Part shown: positions 26,352 to 38,843 of the stretch, piece by piece
Position numbering within the stretch: the first letter of the stretch is position 1
Layout: each line of letters opens with the position of its first letter
Assembly: GCA_951406725.2 (NCBI GenBank)
Contig: OX597815.1
Span: 24,180,001 to 24,244,000 of the forward strand
Direction of reading: 5' to 3'
Length of the DNA: 64,000 nucleotides
From: Octopus vulgaris
Taxonomy: Eukaryota
Notes under the pieces: model-generated
Seen by the model: only the letters and a program-made list of their open reading frames with translations
Told to the model about the DNA's origin: nothing
The model's database searches: none
Translations under genes and position numbers: made by a program

Positions 26352-26638
26352 AATTAGTGTGTTCAATACCGCATTCAGTTTACCATTCTTGTCTTTTCAT
26401 GTTGAAGTCTACTATTTTCATGACCCTCTTTTTTGTATGTTCCCACACACTGCAGTAACCCTTTTGCTATCATGTTTCTGTTAAAATGTAATGCCTTTGT
26501 TTCTATTGATTTTGAAAAAAAAATGAAGACTTTAATAAAATAAGTTACTCATTATTAAGCTGATGTTTGAAACTTATGAGTGAATTCATCAGATGGAAAT
26601 GGTGTGGAAGCTTGTCATATATATGTATGTATGCATGT

Positions 26639-26674
<36 letters not shown>

Positions 26675-26689
26675 AATTGCAGGCAAAGT

Positions 26690-26940
26690 AAGAAGTTTTC
26701 TTCCTAGCCACATGGTTTTGGGTTCAATCCTACTGTGTAGAACTTCAGGTAAGTGTCTTAATACTCCAAACTGATCAAAGCCTTGTGAGGTAAATTTTTG
26801 GTAAATGAAAGCTGAAAGAAGTCTGTCATATACATATGCGTGTGTGTGTGTGGGGGGGTCTGAGTGCTTGCATGTGTGCTTGTGTGTGTGGTGACCCAGC
26901 ATGGTCACATTTCAATGACTGAAACAACAAAAAGATAAGA
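26690..26940 (+). mobile_element. Degenerate SINE family A
   Basis: Diverged family A head and tail. Confidence 0.6.
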
Positions 26941-26941
26941 T

Positions 26942-27450
26942 ATCATCATCATCATTTAACGTCCACTTTCCATGCTAGCGTGGGTTAGACGATCTGACTG
27001 AGGACTGGTGAACCAGATGGCTGCACCAGGCTACAATCTGATCTGGCAGAGTTTCTACAGCTGGATGCCCTTCCTAACGCCAACCACTCCAAGAATGTAG
27101 TAGGAGCTTTTACGTGCCACCAGCGTGAAGGCCAATCAGGCAGTACAGGCAACAGCCTCACTCAAATGTTTTTTATGTGCCACCTGCACAGGAGCCAGTC
27201 CAGTGGCACTGGCAATGACCCCGCTTGAATGTTTTTTCGCGTGCCAGTAAGGTGACGCTGGTAACAATCACATTCAAATAGTGCTTTTTACATGCCACCA
27301 GCATGGAAGCCAGTTAGCTGCTCTGGCAACAATCATGCTCAGATTGTACTCTTAGTGCTCCACCTGCATGGATGCCAGTCATCGAATTTGATTTTGATTT
27401 CAGTTTCACTTGCCTCAACAGGTCTTCGCAAGCAGAGTTTAGAGTCCAAT
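26942..27450 (-). mobile_element. RTE-type LINE 3' UTR fragment
   Basis: (GAT)n tail preceded by ATGGAAAGTGGACGTTAAA; homologous to 61167-61672 and to the UTR next to the RTE ORF at 60635-60823. Confidence 0.7.
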
Positions 27451-27872
27451 GATATAGATATAATAATGAAGAGAAGTGGCATGTTAACAAAACTTCCCCC
27501 TCACTACCACCAATGCAAGCATTATACTTATCTTCATTGTTGTCACTATTGTCATCATCGTCACTATTGATGCCATCACAACCATCATTACTGTTACCAC
27601 CAAAACCACATTCTCCTCCTCCTTGCCACCATCACTGCAACCATCACCATTACCATCATGGCCATCAAGATCATCATCAGCATCATCTTAACAAAATTGT
27701 TTCTGTTGCTACATCAACCATTTAGAGCAGTATTATTCTTGGCTTATGAATCCCACATCTTCCGTTATAGCTCTGTTGCTCTATGACAATGTGATCAGCA
27801 CGATTCAAGGCAATCCATCTGTGACCATCCATAGTAAACATTAGCTGATGTACCCCCCCCACCACCACCACT

Positions 27873-28097
27873 ATCTTTTGGCACCATATTTCTGTTGAAA
27901 TACATTGTCTTTGTATCAATTAATTTTGACAACAATGAAGAAATCAGTAAAACAACTTTGTCATATTAAGCTGATGTTTGGAACATAAATTAACATGAAA
28001 TATTAATTGAAGGTTTTAATTTATATCACTTTAAAAATTCCAAGTTTGTCTCATGGAACCGGAGGCAGTTTCAGGTGGGTTGGTATCAAAATAGTTA
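27873..28097. mobile_element. Small MITE, piggyBac-like
   Basis: Reverse-complement homologue of 29910-30129; ends ...GTTAA; partial copy at 26457-26580. Confidence 0.5.
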
Positions 28098-28569
28098 AGC
28101 TAGTTGGGTGTCATTTCTGAGTGATTCACTTGCTATTTCTAGCAGCTTGAGCAACCACATAGGGGCTCTCTCATTGCTTTGAAATATGGCATTGCTTTGC
28201 TGTTTGACGAGAAGTATACGACAGTATCACATTATGCTCTCTTCTTATATGACCACTAGTTGTAACACTATGAGTGTGGCAAGTACCATATAAACTTACC
28301 CCACAGCAGCTTTCATGCAATTCTATGATAGTTTGTAATATCATATGAAACAGTAGTCAATTGTACTATACTGTGAAGATAGATGCCTATTAGCTAAGCT
28401 GACCATTTTCTCAGAGCCTGTAAATTTATAACAAACACTCTATTTACACACTGCTGTGGGTTCTTGTACCAAACAAGTATACTCTGTTAAAAAATCTCCT
28501 TTTATCTTCTTGAAAATTCTTCTTATATCTTCTCCACTTCTTCCACCTTCTCCTTTCCTTGTACCCTGC

Positions 28570-28747
28570 CTTCTTCTTCTTCTTCTTCTTCTTCTTCTTC
28601 TTCTTCTTCTTCTCCTCCTCCTCCTCCTCTTTCTTCTTCTTCTTCTCCTCCTCCTCCTCCTCCTCTTTCTTCTTCTTCTTCTTCTTCTTCTTCTTCTTCT
28701 TCTTCTTCTTCTTCTTCTTCTTCTTCTTCTCCTCCTCCTCCTTCTTC
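28570..28747. repeat. (CTT)n/(CCT)n polypyrimidine tract
   Basis: Direct reading. Confidence 0.95.
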
Positions 28748-29106
28748 CGTCTTTAATCTCCCCTTATCCTCCTGCTTATTCTCCTCTTCCCTCACCTTCC
28801 ATCTTTCTTCAGCCTGTTACATTAATTCCAAGAGACAGCCATACGAAATCCTTGTAGCCAATAAATTTTTTTGCGATTTAATTATAGCACAACACACTAA
28901 CTTATTATGCCCAGTGGCAAAGACATGAGTACAGGGTATATTTAACACTTCATAAAAAATTGTTTTATAAAATAAACGCCATACTATTTAATGATCGTCA
29001 CCAGTCTCCTTGGAATGTGGAGGCTACTCTCTCAACAAGGACAATATATACTGTTTCTAAATAGGACAGAAAATACAAGATAGATAATTGCATGTGTGTG
29101 TGTGTG

Positions 29107-29145
<39 letters not shown>

Positions 29146-29909
29146 ATGTATGGAAGAAAAGTCAAGATAGAAAATGCTAAAATAATTTTATACAAAACAT
29201 TTCAATACCGGTTTCAGTCATTGAGACTTTTTCAACTGTAACAATTAAACAAATTAAATTTAGAAAAATTAAAAGGAAAGTTTTTTTTAAAAGAAGATTT
29301 GTATAATGTTCAAATACAAGTGGCATTTTCCTTATTTCTGCCTGTCTCTGTCTCTCTTGTTTACTCTTGTGAGTTTGAGGTCGTTGTGAATTCTTGGTAG
29401 GGAAGAAGAAGAAAAAGAAGAAGGAGGAGGAGGAGGAGGAGAAGAAGAGGAAGAATACGTATATATACATATATATATATGTATATATTATTCATATATA
29501 TACACACTCATATATGAATGTAAAATAGATTCTTTTAGAGTAACTTTTTAAACACCATGAATATATACTATGTTTACACACGTATGTGCATGCATGCATA
29601 CACATACATACATACATACATATATACATACATACATATATACATACATACATACATACATACATACATACATACATACATACATACATACATACATGGT
29701 GATTGCCTGATCCTTGTAGAGCTTAACCTTGAAGTACCTGTGCAGTTGCATATTTTTTAGTGGACATAGTCTGAACACTTGCACAGAACTACCCGACTTT
29801 TTGACCACAGATTTCATTGATGTGACATATGGAATAACAAGACAAAGAACTACAGGGGCTTCAGGGCTTTTATTTCAAAGTTAAGCATCTCTTAGACTAG
29901 TTGCCTTCA

Positions 29910-30129
29910 CCCCATTGTTACCAACCTGGCTGAAACTGGCTCTGGCTCTGAGTACAAATGTCTAGTTTTCATAAGTTTTGAATTGAAATCTTCCACCAAA
30001 CCTTAGTCACAATTCATGTTCCTAAAACTAGCTGAATGATAACTAAGTTATTTTACTAAATTCTTTGTTATATTTAAAATAATTGAAAGAAACACAAAGC
30101 ATCTAAAAATAAATTCAGTAACAAAAGGG
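29910..30129. mobile_element. piggyBac-like MITE
   Basis: TTCA|CCC...TGTTAC and GTAACAAAAGGG|TTAA termini. Confidence 0.55.
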
Positions 30130-30262
30130 TTAACCAAGCTATTGAGTCTTTAGTCTACCCTATGAATCAGAGATTACTGAAAATCTGGCCTTAGTAAGAA
30201 GACTCTCAGCAATCAGAGACCTGATGTTATATCAGAGTTATAAGATAATGATATACAGTATA

Positions 30263-30573
30263 GGCACAGGTGTAGCTGTGTGGTAAGAAGTTTGCTTTCC
30301 ACATGGTTCTGGGTTCTGTTCCATTCTGTAGCAGTATAGGCAAGTGTCTTCCACTATAGCCTCAGGCTGACAGGAGCCTTGTGAGTGGATTCAGTAGATG
30401 AAAATAGAAAAAAGCTCATCATGTATACATATATATTTATACATATTTATGTGTGTGGGCCTTTGTGGGTCTGTGTTTGTCCGCAACAAGCACTTGACAA
30501 CTGATGTTGGTTTGTTTACATCCATGTAACTTAGTGGTTTGGCAAAAGAGGCCAATAGAATAAGTACCAGGCT
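30263..30573 (+). mobile_element. Older SINE family A copy
   Basis: Diverged head and body; its tail appears to resume at ~31062-31140, after the younger copy. Confidence 0.7.
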
Positions 30574-30613
30574 CATTCTGCTACTCGAATACTTTCTTTT
30601 AAAAAAGTATATA

Positions 30614-30778
30614 GGTGCAGGAGTGGCTGTGTGGTAAGTAGCTTGCTAAACAACCACATGGTTCCGGGTTCAGTCCCACTGCGTGGCATCTTGAGCAAGT
30701 GTTTTCTGCTATAGCCTCGGGCCAACCAAAGCTTTGTGAGTGGATTTGGTAGACAGAAACCGAAAGAAGCCTGTTGTA

Positions 30779-30843
<65 letters not shown>

Positions 30844-31059
30844 TTGTGTGTTTGTGTTTGTCCCTCTAGCATTGCTTGACAACCGATGCTGGTGTGTTTA
30901 CGTCCCCGTCACTTAGCGGTTCGGCAAAAGAGACCAATAGAATAAGTATTAGGCTTACAAACATTAAGTCCCGGGGTCGATTTGCTCGACTAAAGGCGGT
31001 GCTCCAGCATGGCCGCAGTCAAATGCCTGAAACAAGTAAAAGAGTAAAAGAGAGAGAGT
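30614..31059 (+). mobile_element. SINE family A, full length
   Basis: Matches the other family A copies. Confidence 0.85.
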
Positions 31060-32062
31060 ATTAGAGTCAATTTGTTCAACTAAAAATTCTTCAATGTGAC
31101 GCTCCAGCATGGCCACATTCTAATGACTGAAATAAGTTAAAAAAATAAAATGATAATAAAATTAAAAATAAAAGATAAAATAATAACAATGCACAATATA
31201 TAAAAATAAGAAGCACAAAATGAAATAAGATATAATTACTAAAAAAGGAATTTTTAAAGTTAAAAATGTTTGAAAGGTTAAAAATTCATTTGGGAATGTG
31301 GTTACCATTGTCGGGTGTTGCAGACATGTTTCCTGGTAATTTGGGGATGCTGATTTCAAAAATAAAATCCATTTTGCTCTATCACATCAAGATTTTACCC
31401 AATTTCAGATGTCTGTTTTTCAACATCTTTGGTATTGTCACCATTGATGTTTAATCCTGAGTCAATCTTAATGGAATAAACCTTAGCTCTAAGGCATTCC
31501 ATCTGTGCCCATCCTGTTTTTTTTTAAATATATATCAATATATTAATATATATTGTCCTTAGGATAGATTTGGCTTCATCAAATGCAGACCTATGCAAGG
31601 AGCTTGACAAAACTTTGAAAACATAGTTTTTCAATATTGTTTAAAGTAAATGCAACTACAAAAGTGAAAGCAAAAGTCTTTATTTAAGTATCGTCAATAA
31701 ATAAAAAGCATCAAACTTCAGCAGCTTTCACTATTTTCAAATTAACCAGTTTTAAATGTCATGATGTTGATAGAAATGTCCTTTGTACAATTAGATGATA
31801 ATAAACAACACATTTCTGTGGTCCTCATATTTGTCTCATATTTGTGGAATTTGTCTCCAGAGATGCCTGTGCTGTGCTTGATTCAGTATAACTATCATTG
31901 CAAACCAAGTGCAACATGTTTTGTTGAACCTTTAACTATTTCTTATAAAAACCGGTATTTTGAATGTGGCATTAATGTTTTAATTGTGAGGTCATGGGGG
32001 TCAAGGTCACGTTTGTCAAGCGTGGTCAAAGAACTGATGAAAGAACTTCATTGTATGTATGC

Positions 32063-32238
32063 TCATCTGCGTTCCGAGTTCAAATTCCGCCAAGGTCGAC
32101 TTTGCTTTTCATCCTTTTTGGGGTCGATTAAATAAGTACCAGTTACGCACTGGGGTCGATATAATCGACTTAATCCGTTTGTCTGTCGTTGTTTGTTCTC
32201 TCTGTGTTTAGCCCCTTGTGGGTAGTAAAGAAATAGGT
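32063..32238 (+). mobile_element. SINE family B, tail I, 5'-truncated
   Basis: Family B body; flanked by direct repeat GTATGTATGCTCATC. Confidence 0.8.
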
Positions 32239-32349
32239 ATGTATGCTCATCACAAATCTGCATTTACTTAGTTTATATATGTTGACAATTCTGAAAATGC
32301 TTTTCACAGGTGACAACTGACTTGAATTATATGTTTTATATTTCAGAAA

Positions 32350-33273
32350 TATAGCCAGTTGTGAGAGAAGGAAATGCAAAACTGCCCTGATGTCTTCTGC
32401 TATATTTGTGGATGTTATACTTTACCTAGGTAGCAAAACAAAATCACAGATCTTGTGAATAAAGCTTACCTTAATTTGGCATGAAGCTGGGTGATCAAAA
32501 CAAAGCTTGGGCAGCCCATATTGTGTGTAAAACATGAGTTGAAGCCATATGTTGAAACACAGAAACAGTGACTCTTTCAAGTACTTAGCTTTGTCTTGTG
32601 CGAAAATTAAGATTTGGTGTGTTTGACAGGTCACGGATGAGGTGGTCATTGCTGCAGTTGTGTCAGATTTCTTGGAAAAACGGAAGTCAGCAAATTATGG
32701 AAAACTTGTACAGACCCTGTTAACCAGTTTTCAAACACTGGGCCACAACATGAGTGTAAAAATGTATTTCCTGCACAGTCGTCTGGACAACTTCCTTGAA
32801 AACAAAGTGCAATTAGTGATGAGCAAAGAGAAAGATTCCACTAAGGCATCGTGACTATGAAGACTCAGTGTCAAAGCTGATGGAACACAATTACGATGCT
32901 GACTACTGCTGGTCTCTACAAAGAGGTTGTTATGATGCATGTTATTCACACACAGCAGCAAAGAGAAAGTTCCCTCCTTGAGTGGTTGAAACCCCAGTTT
33001 GATAGAATTATCTATCCTAAGATGTGTAATTAAGCATTTTAACTATCGTAAACAATAAAAAGCACTATTTGGTCTGTGTTTGTTTCTTATTTCAGTATTG
33101 CATTTAGTGATGAAATTGACATGTTTTGGTAAAAAATGAATTTCTGTTCAATAGAAAACTTGACGTGATAGAAAATTTCTGAGGGCATTTCTGAACTCAG
33201 CACCATGTAATTAGGAAGGACTAATTGTAAAAAGCAAGACAACTAAAAACTTTTGTGAAAATATTCCTCTGTG
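32350..33273 (+). mobile_element. CMC-Chapaev(3)-type transposon remnant, internally deleted
   Basis: Frameshifted peptides PDVFCYICG, KLGDQNKAWAAHIVC, NMSVKMYFLHSRLDNF, AISDEQRERFH match the family motifs MSLKxHFLHSHLDFF and SDEHGERFHQ; ends ...CTCTGTG|TTA. Confidence 0.75.
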
Positions 33274-33329
33274 TTACTAATCAAATAATAAAAGCAGCTG
33301 AACAGCCCCATTACTTATGGACAAACAAT

Positions 33330-33564
33330 ACCTATTTCTTTACTACCCAGAAGGGGCTAAACACAGAGAGGACAAACAAGGACAGACAAGTGGATTAAGT
33401 CGATTACATTGACTCCAGTGCATAACTGGTGCTTAATTTATCGACCCCAAAAGGATGAAAGGCAAAGTCGACCTCAGCGGAATTTGAACTCACAACGTAA
33501 CGGCAGACGAAATAGGGCTACGCATTTCGCCCGGCGTGCTAACGTTTCTGCTAGCTCGCTGCCT
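33330..33564 (-). mobile_element. SINE family B, tail I
   Basis: Family B sequence; TSD ATGGACAAACAATA. Confidence 0.85.
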
Positions 33565-33959
33565 TGAAATGGACAAACAATATCATTGTGCTTATTCAGA
33601 GAGTAAGCTGTAGAAATAAAACTTGACATGAAAAGAAAACTGACTGAAAAGTCTAAATCAAGAGAAAAAGCAAACTCAACAGATATTATGTTCAGAATTG
33701 TTCCGCAGTGTTGTATATTCACAAACACATGTATATATATACATATATACACATATTTGAATGGCCATTGACTCTTGCAAGTTCCTTTGCCTTTTAACAG
33801 GTTTTGTTTTTCATTCCATAGGTTGTCAAATATCACCCTCCTCACCAAGCAAGTTTGGTGGGGTTGCCAGTTTAATTGCCCAATGACCCGGCAATGTGAC
33901 AGGCTCTATAGGGTTACATTGTATCAGTAACACTTGAGAGCAACCTCACACACACACAC

Positions 33960-34001
<42 letters not shown>

Positions 34002-34103
34002 TAAAATAATGAGGGTAGAAAATGATATCAATCAATTAACATCAATTTAAACCAGTGGTCTAGCATATTAAAAAAAAATACGAGGATTTAAAAATTATAT
34101 TAC

Positions 34104-34275
34104 AATTAATAAGAGGAATGACCACTAAAGTGGATTCCTAAACGCTAGAGATAGACATCAAATCACCTTACCACAAAGAGTGTGTTCTCAGAGAACACAC
34201 TTTTGTGGTAAGGCGATTTGACATCTATCTCTAGCGTATAGGAATCCACTTTAGTGGTCATTCCTCTTATTAATT
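34104..34275. repeat. ~170-bp near-perfect palindrome between TA tracts
   Basis: Centre AGTGTGTTCTCAGAGAACACACT; one arm recurs alone at ~1398-1477. Confidence 0.9.
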
Positions 34276-35069
34276 ATATATATATATATCCCACTGTTTT
34301 CAAGCCAATGAGAGAAGCTCTACATATTTAGTCAAACTGCCTGAAATAACAGCCAAATCTTCAAATCTTCTCATAGTGACTTGGAAATAGAATGACACTT
34401 TTAACAAGGAAAGCCTTGATATATATTTAAAAAAAACAGGATGGGCACAGCTGGAACGCCTTAGATCTAAGGTTTGTTCCATTAAGATTGACTCAGGATT
34501 AAACATCAATGACCTCACTTTTTGCCTCTCTCCCTTTTTTTTTTATACTATTCCCTAAAGCTGGACATTTCAAGTAAGAAGAGTAAGTTGAGCAAAATGA
34601 CAAGAGTGAGATTAAAAACGAAACGAAACTGTTTAGCATTTCGTCTCCAGCACTTAATGCTGATAAAATTAAACACCAGCAAAACATAAGGTATATTATA
34701 TTAATGATTATATCATTTCCCCTTTCTATAATAAACGAACATTGTGACTCATCAGAAGAAATCGTTAAGCCAAGTAAAAGTGAATTGCTTAAAAAAATCT
34801 CTGGGCTTAAATGTCATGGTTTGTTTTTTAATTTTAACTTTAGTCTGGAGAGAGAGAGAGGGGGAGAGAGAGAGGGAGAGAGAGAGGGGGGAGGGAGAGG
34901 GGAGAGACAGAAAGAGAGAGGAGGGGAGAGAAAGAAAGAGTTCATCAGCTATGAGATTTTTAAGCTATCCTATGTTCTTAGCGTCTCGAGAAAATCTCAC
35001 AATTCCCATTTTCCTCACTCTGAAGTCAACAGGGATCAAGCCGTATCCTTTGTATCCGTTTATATATAA

Positions 35070-36120
35070 CTAGCAAATGCCCACCCCGTCCATTGGACGG
35101 TTTGTATAGGTAAAGAGGGTTAACTCGGATGGTGTTAAGTTGTGGAGATGTTTGGTGATTGTATGGAGTTGTTGAATGGACTGTTCTACTGCCGTCTAAT
35201 AGCGTGGCTGCTATTCCTGAAGACACTATTGCAATGGCTATCTGCCCACGTTGGCGAACTTTGGCAAGAAGGAAGTTGAGTAGAAATGTCTTTCCTGTGC
35301 CACCTGGCGGATCAAGGAAGACGATACCACCATTGCTGTCTTCAACCATTGATGAAACAAAAGTGTAGACATCAGCTTGTTCGGGATTCAACCGGTCTTC
35401 TCATTCCTGAACGTAGGACAGAAGACTCGAAGCATCATAGCGTGTTTCGCTAAGTAGGTAGCGGTTACAGACAGCCTCATTTTCTCGTTTAGGGGACTCA
35501 ACATAGTAGTTCTTCAAAGGAAGACCACTTATTTGCAAAGTTGTATCTTCTAGAAACATCAGACCGCAGTTATTACTAGTGTAAACTGCAAATTCATGTT
35601 TGAGGATCCGAAACGGGATTGCATCAGCATGTCGAGACATATGCTGTCACGATATATATCCCATAAAGATTGAGGATTTTGGAGACTGCAGAACACTGGC
35701 ATAACGGCAAAAAGCTTGCGAAGAGCTTTTGGTGACTTCAAAGTGGATGCCTCATGGAGGGCATGATCATATTGATCATCGTCGTCAAGAAGACCTAATT
35801 TGGAGCAGGTCACTTTAAATGATAAACAAATATTGCTGTTGATGGTGCGAAGATCATCGTAGCCAGTCGGACCTGTGATAACGTGCAAAAGAAAACGGTG
35901 GGGAAAGCTCTCTGATTTGAGTGGATGAATTGTGTACACTCTTGAGAGGACATCAGCTTCACGCATTGAAGGATTCCTTTGTGAAATACGTCCTCGCTTT
36001 CTTTTATGCCAACAGCGGGAAGAAGAATTCCTTGTGTAGAATCTAGGCACCTCCGCATAAAGAAGGGTTCTCGCAAAAGAGTCAGAACTGCAAAGTCGAA
36101 GAATCCGGTAAGTGTGGACA
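35070..36120 (-). mobile_element. Helitron RepHel remnant with intact 3' end
   Basis: PIF1 helicase motifs FLDPPGGTGKTFL...SSGIAATLLDGSRTVHS; inter-domain RVYTIHP...LLHVITGPTGYDDLRTI...LGLLDDD; 3' hairpin CCGTCCAATGGACGG then CTAG. Confidence 0.9.
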
Positions 36121-36263
36121 AAAAGTATATTGAGAAAATTACCTCAAAATCTTACGAGTTTTCATAGACCTGGACTGTTTCTTCTCAAAAAGGGTAATTG
36201 ATGGATAACGAACCTTTATAACACAATAAGCGAAAAGGACAGAGAAAGAAAGTGAAAGGTGTA

Positions 36264-37553
36264 CGAGGGACGTTCAATAAGTAATGCCTCTGACCCACTT
36301 GCAGTTGTTTGATCTAGCTGAAATTTTGCATGTGCAATCAGTTATATCTCTATAGAGTAAGTGGCAAATTACAGCTCTGAATTAATTGTGGTTTCTGATT
36401 TACAGGTGTTTGAACCGAGTCAAGTGTGAAATGGAGCCTGTTGAGTGTCGAGCAGTGATCTGGTTTTTGTATTTGAAAGGACGCACACCACGGGAGACTT
36501 TTCATGAAATGAAAGTAACTTAAGGTGATGATGCCCCATTATATGACCTTGTAAAACGCTGGCATCGTGAATTCAAACATGGTCGGAACTCTGTGGAAAC
36601 AGCTCCCAGATCTGGTCGCCCCCTTCTGCCATTGATGAGGTATCTGTCCGTCAAGTTGAGGCTGCCATTTTGGAAGATCGACGCATAACTATTCGCCAAA
36701 TAGCCCATGAGGTCAAGATTAGTACCGGGTCTGTGGAAACTATCATTCATGACCATTTGCATATGCAAAAGGTGTCTGCCAGATGGATTCCCAGGTTGCT
36801 CACGCCTTTCCAGAAGCAAGAACGCGTCGAGTGCTCGAGGGTGAATTTGGAGATGTGCCAAGAAGATGAGTCAAAATTTTTCAAAAGACTGATTACACAG
36901 GATGAAACCTGGGTCCATCATGATGATCCAGAGACCAAAGCCCAGTCAATGCAGTGGAAGCACCGTAACTCACCCCCTCCAAAGAAGGCAAGGGTGCAGC
37001 CCTCCGCTGGCAAGGTCATGCTCACAGTCTTCTGGGACCAGGACGGAGTAATGATGACAGATTTCCTGGCAAAGGGTACCACAATTGCAGGAGCCTATTA
37101 TGCTTCACTTTTGAGGAAATTAAGAGAAGTTATCAAAATCAAGAGGCGGGGCAAGATCAGCAAAGGCATCCTCCTCCTGCAGGACAACGCTCCGGTCCAC
37201 AACTCGCTTGTCGCCAGATCAGAAGCACAGGCGTATGGCTATGAACTCCTCCCCATCCCCCTACTTTCCTGACCTTGCACCCTCTGATTTTCACCTCTTC
37301 CCAATCATGAAGTTGTTTTTGAAAGGAAAGCGTTTCCCAGATGATGCAGCCTTGATTTCTGAAGTCACGTTGAGGTTGGGGGACCAAGCTGGGTTCTTCT
37401 ACAAAAACGGTCTCCAGAGCCGCATCAAACGATGGGAGAAATGCGTAACTCTGGGTGGTTCCTATGTAGAAAAAGACTAATAACTGTGCCAAGTTTCGTT
37501 GCTCTACTACTATGGGAAGTGGGTCAAGGGCATTACTTATTGAACGCCCCTCG
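36264..37553 (+). mobile_element. Full-length mariner (DD34D) transposon
   Basis: TIRs CGAGGGACGTTCAATAAGTAATGCC and GGCATTACTTATTGAACGCCCCTCG; TA on both sides; ~1.29 kb. Confidence 0.95.
36431..37480 (+). pseudogene. Mariner transposase with one in-frame stop and two frameshifts
   Basis: MEPVECRAVI..., WIPRLL, TQDETW, QDNAPVH, YFPDLAPSDFHLF spread across three frames. Confidence 0.92.
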
Positions 37554-37887
37554 TATGTACGTCTATATGAAATGGACATGTGTGTGTGTGCGTGCGCGCG
37601 ATTGTGTGTGTGAGAGAGAAAGAGAGTGAAAAAGAGAGATAGAGTGAGTGAGTGAAGGTGTGTGTCGTGTTGATTGATGTCTTTTAAGGCACACACACAT
37701 ATAGAATATGTTACGTCATCGTATAAAATGTTTACGCTAGTTGATTTATGGAAAAGATTATAATGTTCAATATTTGAAATGCAAATATGTGAATGGAAAT
37801 TAAGGTTAATTTGTAGTCGGAATAGTACTACATCTTTTGATACCCCATACGTCAAAATCTGTAATTCGATTTTGGAATGTATAAGGA

Positions 37888-37961
<74 letters not shown>

Positions 37962-38189
37962 ATGTGTGTAGGACAGACTTCTTCAAACTGAAAGTATCAT
38001 CTCACATTACAATAGAGACGTAATACTAGAATAGTGTGAGATAAAAGATTGCTCTGGGCTCACATTAGGCAAGAGGTTGGACATTTTTGGGGCCCATGAT
38101 ACTGCATGGACCTTAGCTTTTTATTTGGCGACTGTTGCTTTAAGTATTTTATTTCGATTTTATGTATGTATGTATGTATGCATGTATAC

Positions 38190-38222
<33 letters not shown>

Positions 38223-38843
38223 TGTATGTATGTATGTATGTATGAGCCAGTAAGGGGGACCTCTACATGGTAGCTAGACCCAGTAGAAATATTAGCCAAA
38301 TCTCCCTCAAAACACCCTACTGTCTTAATCCGACAATTCTGCCTATTATGTAGTTTGAATGAGAAACTTTAACTAAAGATTAATGTTATTAACCCCAAAA
38401 TTTGACGCGTTTTAATAGCAATCAATTTTTTCTCTTTTTTGCTTTATTAGTAATTTTTCATGTCAGCTGTAAAGGTGAAGAGGGTTAACTTGTACGGTGT
38501 TAAGTAGTAGAGATGTTTGGTGATCGTATGTGGTGGCTACTTTTGACTGTTTCTTCTCAATAAGGATAACTGATTGATAACGAATTGATATGGGGCACAG
38601 GTTGCAATTATACATTTGGTCAGTGTTAGACTTTACTATTAGCAAACGAGAAAAATGTCAGGACTCCTCTCTACACTAGGTACCACTAATTTTCCTCGGT
38701 CATTGATTGACAAATCTTGCTATATAAACAATCTGAAATAGTATACGTGTTTCTGACTGCCTTACTGGTCCAACAGTGTTGAAATTGTGATCTTCAACCA
38801 TCAATTTTACCTGATGTTTCTTAAACGTTAATAATCTCCAAGT

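Noticed and set aside
28456-28857. Poly-Leu or poly-Glu protein
   Set aside because: (CTT/CCT)n tract
35026-35391. Host PIF1 helicase gene
   Set aside because: Intronless, frameshifted, and linked to Helitron-specific upstream motifs and a hairpin-CTAG terminus
36670-37272. SETMAR-like domesticated gene
   Set aside because: No SET domain; TIRs, TA flanks and frameshifts indicate an ordinary mariner copy
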